From: a bacterium
GTDB taxonomy: Bacteria > Zixibacteria > MSB-5A5 > CAIYYT01
Direction of reading: 5' to 3'
DNA: 60,361 nucleotides
NCBI GenBank assembly: GCA_030631605.1
Contig: DAOVKV010000001.1
Location: 1-60,361 of the forward strand
Made by a program: the position numbers and the translations under genes
The notes under the pieces: model-generated
Seen by the model: the letters and a program-made list of their open reading frames with translations, nothing else
Databases searched by the model: none
What the model was told of the DNA's origin: nothing
Part shown: positions 7,820 through 16,724 of the stretch, in pieces
How the letters are laid out: each line of letters begins with the position of its first letter
Numbering within the stretch: position 1 is the stretch's first letter

Positions 7820-10357
7820 ATGACGAAACGTTCTCTGCCACAAATGAACTTCGCGGTGATTCGAGGAAGACACAAAGGGACAACCCTCTATACCCTCGTG
7901 ACTTTGCTGCTGCTGATTCTCTACCTGCAGGGGATTCCGGCCCTGACACGACTTGAATATACCTTTGAAGATCAATTGCGCCGCCAGTCGCCGTTGGTCG
8001 GCGACCGGGACAACTTCGCCATTGTTGGCATAGATTCTCAATCGATCGCCGCAGTGGGAGAGTGGCCCTGGAATCACGGCACAATGAGCGATCTGCTTAT
8101 CACTATCTGCGACTACCAGCCCCAAGCGGTGATGCTTGACTTTCCGCTGGTGGAAAAAGCAGAAGAGTTTCTGTCCGGAAAATCGGGCGAACTGGCGCTT
8201 TCGATCAGAGAATGCGGCAATGTTGTTATCCCCTTTGATCTGGTGGTCGCAAAGCAGGGTAAGTTGTCGCGGGTAGCGCCCTCTTACCTGCGATCTTTCG
8301 CTATCCCGGCGACTGATGCCGATTTGTTGAAACGACTGCCAGTCGCCGCCGCTGTCTTCATCCCACCGAAGCTCCTTGCCGCCGGAGCGAAAGGTGTTGG
8401 CTTTTCCTATTACGAAGCTGACAGCGATGACAAAATCCGCTGCGCCAATCTGTTAATCAACTATGAGGGCAGCATCTATCCATCGGCGCCGCTGCAACTG
8501 GCCGCCATCTGCCTCGGTAGCAACCCGCAGGAGATTGCTCTGAAGGACAACCGTCACATTCACATTGCCGGACGAGATGTCCCGATTGATAATCATGGTC
8601 GGATGTTGCTTCGTTTCCCAGAGAAGATGGTTGATTTTCGTACCTGTTCGGCCATTGATGTGCTGACCGGTGAGGTTGAAATGGGCTTGCTTGCCGGCAA
8701 GACCATTATTATCACCACTACTGAGCCGCAACATACCGTCTCTCTTAAGACCGCTGCTATCGAAGCGATGCCGGCCCATGCTTACGCAGCGACGATTGTT
8801 CAGAATGTAATGTCGGACAAGTTTGTCTCCCGCTTTGAATTGCCGCTGCCGGTCGACCTGCTGCTTCTCCTGGTGATCGGCATTACCGGCACTTTGATTC
8901 TACCAGGGTTTAAATTAACCTATCGCTTAATAATCCTTGCTACCGGCACTGCCTTCCTTTTGGGAGCAAGTTTCCTGCTGTTTGCGAGCTATTCCGTTTT
9001 GCTACCGATCGTTTATCCGCTGCTGACAATTACTCTTCTTCTGGCTATCTCGCCGGCGATCAAACGTATCGAAACAAAAGCGGGATATAATGCCGATGTC
9101 GCTGCAGGATCGGCGGGGCAATTGGTGGCGACAGGTGTCGCTGGCAATGAGGAGGTCTGTCTCAATGAGATTCCCATTCGTCTTCTTCTCGATGAGAAAC
9201 CGTCTGCGGAAGCCTTCCAGGAGACGATCCAGCTTGATTTTCAGGCTCTCACTGACGGGAACTCAGGCGCCGCCATCCAATCTCATTCTCAGCCGAAAGA
9301 ATCAAGGATCGACCCGGATGCAGAGATAGCAGTCGACTCTCCCCCTCAGGAAGAAGAACTGACAGAGACATCTGCCTTCATACCTGACCTGCCTGATACT
9401 GACCTCTCCCGAACACCAGCCCCATATTCGTCGCCGCAGCCTCAGCAGGATATGCAGTCATCTCCGTTTATCGGGTCAACCGAGGTGAAATTCTCCAGCG
9501 ACGGCCAACCGCTCTCATTTGGCAGGTACCACGTGATCGAGCCGGTGGGATTTGGCGCTATGGGTACGGTATACAAGGGGCGAGACCCTGCCATCGACCG
9601 GTGGGTAGCGTTAAAAACGATCCGGTTGGATGCCATTGCCGATGAATCGGAGATCGGCGAGCTGAGGGAACGTCTCACCAGGGAGGCAAAGGCTGCCGGT
9701 AAACTGTCGCATCCTAATATCGTTACCATTTATGACGTCGGTGTGCAGCAGAATCTTCAGTATATCGCTATGGAATACCTTGAGGGCTACACGCTGGAGG
9801 CGTTGATGAAACGCAATCTGAAGCCCAACTACCGCATCATCGCCTCAATCATGCAACAGGTTTGTTCCGCCCTTGAATATGCGCACGGCGCCGGGATCGT
9901 CCATCGTGATGTCAAGCCGGCCAATATTATGGTGCTGGATGATTTCCATATCAAGGTGATGGACTTTGGCATTGCGCTCACACAATCCGCGTCAATCACC
10001 CAGACCGGCGTGACTATGGGAACACCCAACTATATCTCACCCGAAGTCGTGCAGGGTAAACAGGCGACAGCCGCTTCCGATATCTTTAACCTCGGCGTCG
10101 TGCTATATGAAATGATCACACATCGCAAACCTTTCATTGCGGATAATATCACTTCGCTGATCTACCAGATCGTGCATGAGGAGCCACCGCCGCCAACCTC
10201 CGTTGACCAGAGAATTCCTCCCCTGTTCGATTTCATTATTAAGAAGGCCTTGGCCAAGAATCCCCAGGAGCGCTATGCGTCAGCAAAGGAGTTCGCTTCT
10301 TCACTAAAAGATTTCACTGCCGACCTTACCAGCTCAGCAAACACCGTTGTCCGATAA
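7820..10357 (+). CDS. CHASE2 sensor domain fused to a Hanks-type Ser/Thr protein kinase
   Basis: 845-aa ORF. N-terminal CHASE2-like region (IVGIDSQSIAAVGEWPWNHGTMSDLL), then hydrophobic helices at ~residues 340-410, then a P/S/Q-rich linker. Kinase motifs GFGAMGTVYKG, VALKTI, HRDVKPANIMV, DFGIA, GTPNYISPE. Confidence 0.85.
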   Translation: MTKRSLPQMNFAVIRGRHKGTTLYTLVTLLLLILYLQGIPALTRLEYTFEDQLRRQSPLVGDRDNFAIVGIDSQSIAAVGEWPWNHGTMSDLLITICDYQPQAVMLDFPLVEKAEEFLSGKSGELALSIRECGNVVIPFDLVVAKQGKLSRVAPSYLRSFAIPATDADLLKRLPVAAAVFIPPKLLAAGAKGVGFSYYEADSDDKIRCANLLINYEGSIYPSAPLQLAAICLGSNPQEIALKDNRHIHIAGRDVPIDNHGRMLLRFPEKMVDFRTCSAIDVLTGEVEMGLLAGKTIIITTTEPQHTVSLKTAAIEAMPAHAYAATIVQNVMSDKFVSRFELPLPVDLLLLLVIGITGTLILPGFKLTYRLIILATGTAFLLGASFLLFASYSVLLPIVYPLLTITLLLAISPAIKRIETKAGYNADVAAGSAGQLVATGVAGNEEVCLNEIPIRLLLDEKPSAEAFQETIQLDFQALTDGNSGAAIQSHSQPKESRIDPDAEIAVDSPPQEEELTETSAFIPDLPDTDLSRTPAPYSSPQPQQDMQSSPFIGSTEVKFSSDGQPLSFGRYHVIEPVGFGAMGTVYKGRDPAIDRWVALKTIRLDAIADESEIGELRERLTREAKAAGKLSHPNIVTIYDVGVQQNLQYIAMEYLEGYTLEALMKRNLKPNYRIIASIMQQVCSALEYAHGAGIVHRDVKPANIMVLDDFHIKVMDFGIALTQSASITQTGVTMGTPNYISPEVVQGKQATAASDIFNLGVVLYEMITHRKPFIADNITSLIYQIVHEEPPPPTSVDQRIPPLFDFIIKKALAKNPQERYASAKEFASSLKDFTADLTSSANTVVR

Positions 10358-10367
10358 GCGGGAATCT

Positions 10368-11288
10368 CTATTTGCGGTGTAGACGGAGAATTCGATGCAG
10401 TTTGCCGTCGGTCGCGGCGAGCGTCTTTTTCGCCTCGCGGTAGTCTACTTCACAGAAGTGCATCACCAGAGCGGTCTTAACCTCTCCACGTGAGCGTTTC
10501 AGCAGACGACCGGCAGCCTGATAGGAAATACCAGCAATCTCAACCAGAATCAGCTTTGAGCGTTCGATCAGTTTCTTCGAGGTAGCGCGCAGATCAACCA
10601 TCAGGTTGCCATAGCATTTGCCGAGCTGCACCATGGCAGTGGTGGTAATCAGGTTTAGAATCATCTTACAGGCGGTACCCGCTTTCAACCGTGTCGAGCC
10701 TGCCAACACCTCAGGCCCCAGTACCGGATTAATCACCAGGTCAACGTAAGAGGGGCGAGCGCCGAGATCATTGCAGACCAGCAGGATCGTTTTCCCTTTG
10801 CGTTGGCGGGCACGTCGTAGCGCTGCCAGCGGATAGGGGGTACGTCCAGAGGCGGCAATCCCCAGTACCGTATCTCTTGCCGAAACGGAGAGCTTGTCCA
10901 CCGCCCGCTGCGCACTGGCGCGGTCATCCTCGACGCCCTCACGTGATCGGACCAAGGCGCGCCGACCACCAGCGATGATTCCCTGCACCATTTTCGGACT
11001 GACACCGAAGGTGGGCGGGCACTCAGATGCGTCCAGAACACCCAGCCGGCCAGAGGTTCCGGCGCCGGCATAGATCAATCGCCCCCCGGTCGTAAACGAC
11101 TCCGTAACCATCGCCACCGCCTCGGCGATCTCAGGCAACACCTTACGCACCGCCCCTGCCACCTTGCGATCCTCGGCGTTCATCGCCCCCAGAATCTGCA
11201 GGGGGGTCATGCGATCAAGCCGCTTAGTCTTCGGATTGATTGCTTCTGTGGTCAGCACTTTGAGATGATCGTAAAGTTCTCTGGCCAT
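10368..11288 (-). CDS. murQ: N-acetylmuramic acid 6-phosphate etherase
   Basis: 306-aa ORF. SIS domain with GRLIYAGAGTSGRLGVLDASECPPTFG and a MurQ-like N-terminus (LTTEAINPKTKRLD). Confidence 0.8.
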   Translation of the reverse strand: MARELYDHLKVLTTEAINPKTKRLDRMTPLQILGAMNAEDRKVAGAVRKVLPEIAEAVAMVTESFTTGGRLIYAGAGTSGRLGVLDASECPPTFGVSPKMVQGIIAGGRRALVRSREGVEDDRASAQRAVDKLSVSARDTVLGIAASGRTPYPLAALRRARQRKGKTILLVCNDLGARPSYVDLVINPVLGPEVLAGSTRLKAGTACKMILNLITTTAMVQLGKCYGNLMVDLRATSKKLIERSKLILVEIAGISYQAAGRLLKRSRGEVKTALVMHFCEVDYREAKKTLAATDGKLHRILRLHRK

Positions 11289-11310
11289 TAGCGGGGCGAT
11301 ATGTCTCCTC

Positions 11311-12096
11311 TTAGTTTGTCTGTGCCGTCAATACCAGTTTCGGCGGTATATACATAGCGCCCCCCTGTCCGGTGACACCGACTCGGGAGATATTATTCTG
11401 GAAACCGGCGGGCAGCGAGAAAGATATGCCCGGATACTCAATCGGATTGTCATGGTAAGCCACCACCCAGACGTAGTAGGTTCCCTCCTTGAAACCCTGG
11501 GCATTATGGAAGGCGCTGATCGGTATCGATCCGGCAGTGACGCCGCTGGAGAAAAACTCACTATAACCGGCGACGCCGCTGGCAGTATTTTCTGCTTCCA
11601 CCACGACGAAATACCCGTCCGCATGGGTTGAGCTGTTCCAGGAAAGGGGAATAGTGGCATCACTGCTGCGCACTATATTGTCGGGAAGGCCGGGTGCGGT
11701 GAAGCTGAAAGTGTCGGGCATGTTACACAGGAAGTTGAAATTAAACACGTCAAGCACCGACGAGAGTTCAATTTTGAGTTGCCGCGTGTTGTCCAGCAGA
11801 TCACCGGAAAACCATTTGCCGTAATTACCCGGAGCGACTCGGTCGAGAGTGGCGATGGCAGCGGTGTCGGTGGCGTTGAAGACCGATATCACCATTCCAT
11901 CCAAAGGCTCACCATCGCGGATAATTTGCAGGTAGGAGATGATCTGTCCGCTGGCGCCATCATACGAGTGCACCAGATTGATCTCATGGTTGTTCTTCAC
12001 CTCGCCTGTGGTGCCGGTATCACCGCAGGAAGCGAGAAAGGATGCTAAGACCAGCAACAAAAGCCCCATCACTGTTGGATAGATTTTTGATTTCAT
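11311..12096 (-). CDS. Hypothetical lipoprotein
   Basis: 261-aa ORF with signal peptide and lipobox MKSKIYPTVMGLLLLVLASFLASCGD. No family recognised. Confidence 0.55.
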   Translation of the reverse strand: MKSKIYPTVMGLLLLVLASFLASCGDTGTTGEVKNNHEINLVHSYDGASGQIISYLQIIRDGEPLDGMVISVFNATDTAAIATLDRVAPGNYGKWFSGDLLDNTRQLKIELSSVLDVFNFNFLCNMPDTFSFTAPGLPDNIVRSSDATIPLSWNSSTHADGYFVVVEAENTASGVAGYSEFFSSGVTAGSIPISAFHNAQGFKEGTYYVWVVAYHDNPIEYPGISFSLPAGFQNNISRVGVTGQGGAMYIPPKLVLTAQTN

Positions 12097-12169
12097 CGGT
12101 TTCCTCTCTAATTACTTGCTCTCCACGGCCACCTGACCTGTCAGAGTGACGCTGGCGACACCGACCCGT

Positions 12170-12817
12170 TCAAGGCAGTTTGACACCGTTTATCACGGCG
12201 CTGTCCAGGTACATCGGTTCCTCATCAGGAGACACCACCAGTCCGATTCCGCGAGCGTAGTACTCATCATAGATGCTGGTATCGGCCGCCTGCGTATCGA
12301 AAAAGGTAACGACTATTTCATAATGCAGTTTCAGGCAACTGTCAAGCATCACATCGCTGACTTCTACAGATTCATATCCCTTGAAGGTTATGGTACCCGC
12401 GAAACTGGCGATATCCTGGCTGATACCGACAAACCGAGCAGTAGAATTGATATCATGAGGTTTGTCTTTTTCCAGATTCAAAGAAATCGGCAGCGGTGGC
12501 TCGAACCAGAGATTGACAGTTGACCCGAGCAGCAAATGCTGGGCAAAGCGTTCCTCAGTCAGGCTCCAGGCTTCTTCGGTGTAGCCGCCCTGCAGCACCC
12601 GGACACAGGTGTCACCGTTGATAATGGTGTCACCCGATATCAGGCGTTGAATTTCGCCGTTGTTGTAAGACCAGAAATCTCCTTCCTGGATCGGGAAATA
12701 CTCCATGCCGTTGGTGATTTTAATCGTACCGTTCGGGTCGGGTCCATTGCCGTTAGAGCAAGTGCAAAAAAGCGTAAGGCAAAGAAAAAATGTTAATATC
12801 AGCATGAAATATCGCAA
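12170..12817 (-). CDS. Hypothetical lipoprotein
   Basis: 215-aa ORF with hydrophobic N-terminus and Cys (LILTFFLCLTLFCTCSNG). GGGAGGGA Shine-Dalgarno upstream. Start is ambiguous between TTG at 12817 and ATG at 12805. Confidence 0.5.
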   Translation of the reverse strand: MRYFMLILTFFLCLTLFCTCSNGNGPDPNGTIKITNGMEYFPIQEGDFWSYNNGEIQRLISGDTIINGDTCVRVLQGGYTEEAWSLTEERFAQHLLLGSTVNLWFEPPLPISLNLEKDKPHDINSTARFVGISQDIASFAGTITFKGYESVEVSDVMLDSCLKLHYEIVVTFFDTQAADTSIYDEYYARGIGLVVSPDEEPMYLDSAVINGVKLP

Positions 12818-12999
12818 TATCCCTCCCAGCTTGAAGGTTACCCAGTAGTCTAACCAATCATTTGTAATTATACACGCGAAAAATGATCTATGTCCAGGTA
12901 TCGGGTCATTTGCCGTTTCAGTTTACGATGTGAACTGGTTATACTTTTCCGGACACACAGATTTGGATAAATTAGAGATTAGACAAGGAGGTGTGTTAA

Positions 13000-13323
13000 G
13001 TGAGTGAAAAGAAGAAGTTACCGACCTATACTGCTGATTTCAAGGAGTCAGCCGTCAAGGTCCGGCCCTGACGGGCGGTACAATTGGCAGTATCGAGTAA
13101 TCAATCAATTGCGCAGACCGCAAGGGAACTGGGAGTCAACCAGAATACGCTTTATACCTGGATTGGGAAGTATCATCATTCCGGTAAAGGTAGTCAGAGC
13201 CAGGTAGACGACGAGCAACTTTATGATAAGCTGAAACGGCTGCAAAGAGAGAACCGTCGTCTCAAGGAGGAGCGAGACATCTTAAAAAAGGCGGCCGCGT
13301 ACTTCGCGAGAGCTGCGGAGTGA
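13000..13323 (+). pseudogene. IS3 orfA (HTH protein) interrupted by an in-frame TGA
   Basis: GTG at 13000 follows AAGGAGG. Reads SEKKKLPTYTADFKESAVKVRP-TGA(13069-13071)-RAVQLAVSSNQSIAQTARELGVNQNTLYTWIGKYH...ILKKAAAYFARAAE. The TGA and the following ORF (13084..13323) are in the same frame. Confidence 0.75.
13284..13290 (+). promoter_or_regulatory. A AAA AAG -1 programmed frameshift heptamer of the IS3 element
   Basis: In the orfA frame the sequence reads tt-A-AAA-AAG-gcg. The -1 frame continues into orfB (KKGGRVLRESCGVRYGFIKQH...). This is the canonical IS3 arrangement. Confidence 0.65.
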
Positions 13324-13529
13324 GGTACGGATTTATCAAGCAGCACAGGATTGAGTTTCATGTGATTCTGATGTGTCAGGTGTTGAGAGTGTCCCGCAGT
13401 GGTTATTACGAGTGGCTGAGACGGCCGGAAAGCAGCCGCCATCGTGAAGACCGACGCTTAAGCCGGGCGATCATGGCAATTCACCGAAGAAGTCGCGCCA
13501 CCTATGGTAGTCGACGTATCAAGGCAGAA

Positions 13530-13543
13530 CCCGCCGCGGCGGG
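13530..13543. repeat. 14-bp perfect palindrome CCCGCCGCGGCGGG, copy 1
   Basis: Read directly from the sequence. It starts on a codon boundary of orfB and shifts the frame by +2. Confidence 0.95.
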
Positions 13544-13997
13544 GGTGAACAGGTGAGCCGCACCCGTATTAGCCGCCTGCTGAAGGAGCAGGGACTCAAG
13601 GTGAAGAGTAGACGCAAGTTCAAAGCCACCACCAACTCGAAACATAAGCTGCCGGTAGCGCCAAACCTTCTTGAGCGGAAGTTCACTGTGGCAGAGCCGA
13701 ATCAGGTTTGGTTATCGGATATCAGCTACATTTGGACTGCTGAGGGTTGGTTATATCTGGCTGGGATTGTTGATCTCTATTCGCGGATAGTGGTTGGCTG
13801 GTCGCTGAACAGGCGAATCACGAAAGAGTTGACGCTCGACGCGTTAAACCAAGCTCTGAAACGCCGTTGTCCCCAGCCGGGTCTTTTACATCACTCTGAT
13901 CGTGGCAGCCAGTATGCGGCTGGTGATTACCAAGACCTGTTACATGACAACAAGATGATTTGCAGTATGAGTCGCAAGGGCGACTGCTGGGATAATG

Positions 13998-14011
13998 CCC
14001 GCCGCGGCGGG
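13998..14011. repeat. 14-bp perfect palindrome CCCGCCGCGGCGGG, copy 2
   Basis: Read directly from the sequence. It sits between CWDNA and SFFATLK, where the catalytic Glu is expected. Confidence 0.95.
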
Positions 14012-14125
14012 TCGTTCTTTGCCACCCTGAAAACAACAGAGTTGGTCTTCCATGAGCAGTTTGCTACTCGCGAAGAGGCTAAACGAAAGATATTTGAGTA
14101 CATTGAGGTGTTTTACAACCGACAA

Positions 14126-14139
14126 CCCGCCGCGGCGGG
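14126..14139. repeat. 14-bp perfect palindrome CCCGCCGCGGCGGG, copy 3
   Basis: Read directly from the sequence. It sits between FYNRQ and HSTIGY and shifts the frame by +2. Confidence 0.95.
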
Positions 14140-14366
14140 CATTCTACTATTGGCTATCAATCACCGGCTGATTATGAAGAAAAGCAGGAGAAAGTCGCGT
14201 GAACCCGTGTCCGGAAAACTCTTGCCAGATCATCACGCCGTCGTCGTCGGTGTCACAGGGGGCGGGTCAAGAGTCTGGCTCTCAAGGCGAACTAAGGTGC
14301 AAAGAATCGGGTGAGAAGCAAGAGAGACTCAAGCCGTCTCAGGAATGTACTTTTCGCTGGGACTTT

Positions 14367-16220
14367 CTACAACCCCCCCCCATCGATTGTCCGCAGAATC
14401 GTGCCATTGTAACCTACCGCTGTACCTGTATTAACATCTGTAAAGTCGACGTTGTAAAGAACATAATCTGTGCCGCTTGTCTGGCTCACCCAGGTAGCAC
14501 CACCATCTGTTGTCCGTAGAATCGTGCTCCCTTCGCCCACTGCTGTACCAATGCTTGCATCGACAAGACTGATTCCATCAAGGTACTTTGTGGTTCCGCT
14601 TGTTTGGCTTTCCCACGTTGCGCCGCCGTCTATCGTCCTAAGAATCGTCCCTCCTTCGCCAACTACCGTTCCCACATTGGCGTCAGCAAAGCTGACGCGG
14701 GAAAGCTCAGCATTCGTACCGCTCGTCTGGTTCACCCAGGTTGTGCCACCATCAGTAGTCCGTAGAATCGCGCCGTTATCGCCAACGGCCATACCCGAAT
14801 TCGCATCAGCAAAATCGACCCCGATAAGATCCATCGACGTGCCGCTCGTTTGTTTCACCCAGGTTGTGCCACCATCTGTGGTCCGTAGAATCGTGCCAAG
14901 GGCACCGACCGCTGTACCCGTACTAGCATCGATAAAGCTGACGGTGGCAAGCCAATTAATCGTGCCGCTCGTCTGGCTCACCCAGTTTGCGCCGCCGTCT
15001 GTTGTGCGCAAAATCGTACCCTCTTCACCAACAACCGTTCCCGTATTAGCATCGATAAAGCAGACGCCGTTAAGCCAATTAATCGTGCCGCTCATCTGGC
15101 TCTCCCAGTTTGTGCCGCCGTCCGTCGTCCTCAGGATCGTGCCATTTAAGCCTACTACCGTGCCCGTATTTGCATCAGTGAAGCTGACCGCGCGAAGAAC
15201 CTCTGTCGTGCCGCTTCTTTGATTCACCCAGGTTACACCACCGTTCTCTGTACGCAGCGTCACGCCAGCAAAACCCACCGCCATGCCTGTGGTTGCGTCG
15301 AAAAAGCTGACTGCCGATAGAATATCGAGTGTCCCGCTCGTTTGACTCACCCAGTTAGCACCACCATCTGTTGTCCGTAGAATCGTGCCATAATAGCCTA
15401 CCACTGTGCCCGTATTTGCATCAGCAAAGCTGACCCCGGAGAGATGGGTGCTCGTACCGCTTGTCTGGTTCTCCCAGGTAGCGCCGCCGTTGGTTGTCCG
15501 CAGAATCGTGCCACCGTAACCAACCGCGGTGCCCGTGTTCGCATCAGTGAAGTTGATTTCTATGAGAACATAGCTTGTGTTACTTGTCTGGCTCACCCAA
15601 GTAGCACCGCCATCCGTTGTCTGTAAAATCGTGCCCTGGATCCCGACTGCAGTACCGGTACTAGCATCGGTAAATGTAACTGAGGTGAGGCTCTTTGATG
15701 TACCGCTCGTCTGGCTCACCCAGGTAGCACCGCCATCTGTTGTCCTGAGGATCGTGCCATGATCGCCTACCGCCGTCCCCGTATCCGCATCAGTAAAGCT
15801 GACCCCGGAAAGATCAAAGTTAGTGCCGCTTGTTTGTCGCACCCAAGTTGTGCCCCCATCAGTTGTCCGCAAGATCGTGCCACCGGTGCCCACAACCGTA
15901 CCCGTGTTGGCATCTGCAAAGCTAACGCTGGTGAGCCAGTTGTCGTCTCCAATTGTCTGCCTCACCCACGTTGCGCCCCCATCTACTGTCCTGAAAATCG
16001 TGCCGCGACCTACCGCTATGCCCGTGTTCGCATCGGTCAGCTCAATGTCTCCTATCCAATTGCCATGTGGTAACGGATTCTGCCAGTACCAACCAGCTGG
16101 CCCCGAGGGAACATCTCCGGGATCTGTCGGTTTGTCGCCGTCACAGGCGCATATGGTACACAACAAGACAATTCCAACGAGGATTCTCGTGACCGGATTA
16201 GTGATGGATTGGCGCGCCAT
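14367..16220 (-). CDS. Lipoprotein with 14 BNR/Ycf48-like beta-propeller blades
   Basis: Start moved to ATG at 16220 (MARQSITNPVTRILVGIVLLCTICACDG, a lipobox). It has 14 repeats of ~41 aa of the form xxLxxVSFxDANTGTAVGxxGTILRTTDGGxTWxxQTSGT. The repeats also create long shadow ORFs on the plus strand. Confidence 0.8.
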   Translation of the reverse strand: MARQSITNPVTRILVGIVLLCTICACDGDKPTDPGDVPSGPAGWYWQNPLPHGNWIGDIELTDANTGIAVGRGTIFRTVDGGATWVRQTIGDDNWLTSVSFADANTGTVVGTGGTILRTTDGGTTWVRQTSGTNFDLSGVSFTDADTGTAVGDHGTILRTTDGGATWVSQTSGTSKSLTSVTFTDASTGTAVGIQGTILQTTDGGATWVSQTSNTSYVLIEINFTDANTGTAVGYGGTILRTTNGGATWENQTSGTSTHLSGVSFADANTGTVVGYYGTILRTTDGGANWVSQTSGTLDILSAVSFFDATTGMAVGFAGVTLRTENGGVTWVNQRSGTTEVLRAVSFTDANTGTVVGLNGTILRTTDGGTNWESQMSGTINWLNGVCFIDANTGTVVGEEGTILRTTDGGANWVSQTSGTINWLATVSFIDASTGTAVGALGTILRTTDGGTTWVKQTSGTSMDLIGVDFADANSGMAVGDNGAILRTTDGGTTWVNQTSGTNAELSRVSFADANVGTVVGEGGTILRTIDGGATWESQTSGTTKYLDGISLVDASIGTAVGEGSTILRTTDGGATWVSQTSGTDYVLYNVDFTDVNTGTAVGYNGTILRTIDGGGL

Positions 16221-16724
16221 TGCCGTTCTCCCTTCGATTTGGCTTTTTGAGATACGATTACTGACCATATTTACAATGAACGGACATCCTGTTATGTGTT
16301 AATGCAAGTATAATCCTCGGAACAAGGGACGTCAATGAAAAAGATTGTAAAAGTGAATATCCTCCACTCCATTGACCTGTCTCCAACGTATCGGTCCAGT
16401 CTTGGAAGAAAGTCTCGATTGTGGTTGAATCATGAAGGAAGGGCGAACGGACTAAAGCGGTCTTTGCAAGCCGTAGAGGACTTATGACCTGCCCCGTTTG
16501 CTGTACCACACGTTGAGTTTCTCCTGCAAGCCTAGGTTTTCTCAACAATCCGGCACGCCGTCGTCGTCGGTTAGGGGTGAAGTCTCTCGTCCCATCACTG
16601 AGCGCTTTAACACAGGATCGATTTAAGGGGTAGGCCGGCAAAGCCTTGCTTCTTCTCAGAATCGTGGTATATTCGAATCATGTTGTTAAGGATATGCCAC
16701 GAGGAGCTTTCCCATGAGGTATTT

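Larger units (their letters stand above)
13320..14202 (+). pseudogene. IS3 orfB (DDE transposase), broken by two frameshifts and lacking the DDE glutamate
   Basis: Three track ORF pieces. The frames re-join when the 14-mers at 13530 and 14126 are removed. The true C-terminus [20 protein letters not shown]-stop ends at 14202. The track ORF tail to 14314 is out-of-frame read-through. Confidence 0.75.
12931..14232 (+). mobile_element. IS3-family insertion sequence, decayed
   Basis: Terminal inverted repeats: left TGAACTGGTTATACTTTTCCGGACAC at 12931, and right end reverse complement TGATCTGGCAAGAGTTTTCCGGACAC ending at 14232. orfA/orfB layout with an A AAA AAG slippery site. DDE transposase motifs ([43 protein letters not shown]). 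No clear target-site duplication seen. Confidence 0.8.

Noticed and set aside
13069-13071. TGA recoding (alternative genetic code) as an explanation for the in-frame TGA in IS3 orfA.
   Set aside because: TGA is the functional stop of many well-supported genes here, including larB, larC, the FHA gene, pyrE and ilvC. The same element carries other inactivating lesions, so a pseudogene is the simpler reading.
13553-14314. 253-aa ORF apparently extending the transposase beyond the IS right end.
   Set aside because: After the 14-mer at 14126 the reading is out of frame ([14 protein letters not shown]...). The genuine C-terminus ([20 protein letters not shown]) stops at 14202, inside the IS.
14367-16220. 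Diversity-generating retroelement target, suggested by the hyper-repetitive propeller gene (and similarly the duplicated LamG domains).
   Set aside because: No reverse transcriptase is present. There is no template/variable repeat pair with adenine-specific mismatches, and no accessory Avd-like gene in the window.
14470-16302. Long plus-strand ORFs (14470..15222, 15823..16302 and others) opposite the propeller gene.
   Set aside because: They are shadow ORFs created by the 14-fold repeat on the minus strand. Their products are low-complexity (VPPSVV...), with no starts or ribosome-binding sites of note.
16258-16641. 127-aa minus-strand ORF, and a 50-aa plus-strand ORF (16335..16487) with a TATAAT box and AAGGGA upstream.
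   Set aside because: Neither has a recognisable family. They overlap each other antisense, and the region also contains repeat debris. There is not enough evidence to call either one.
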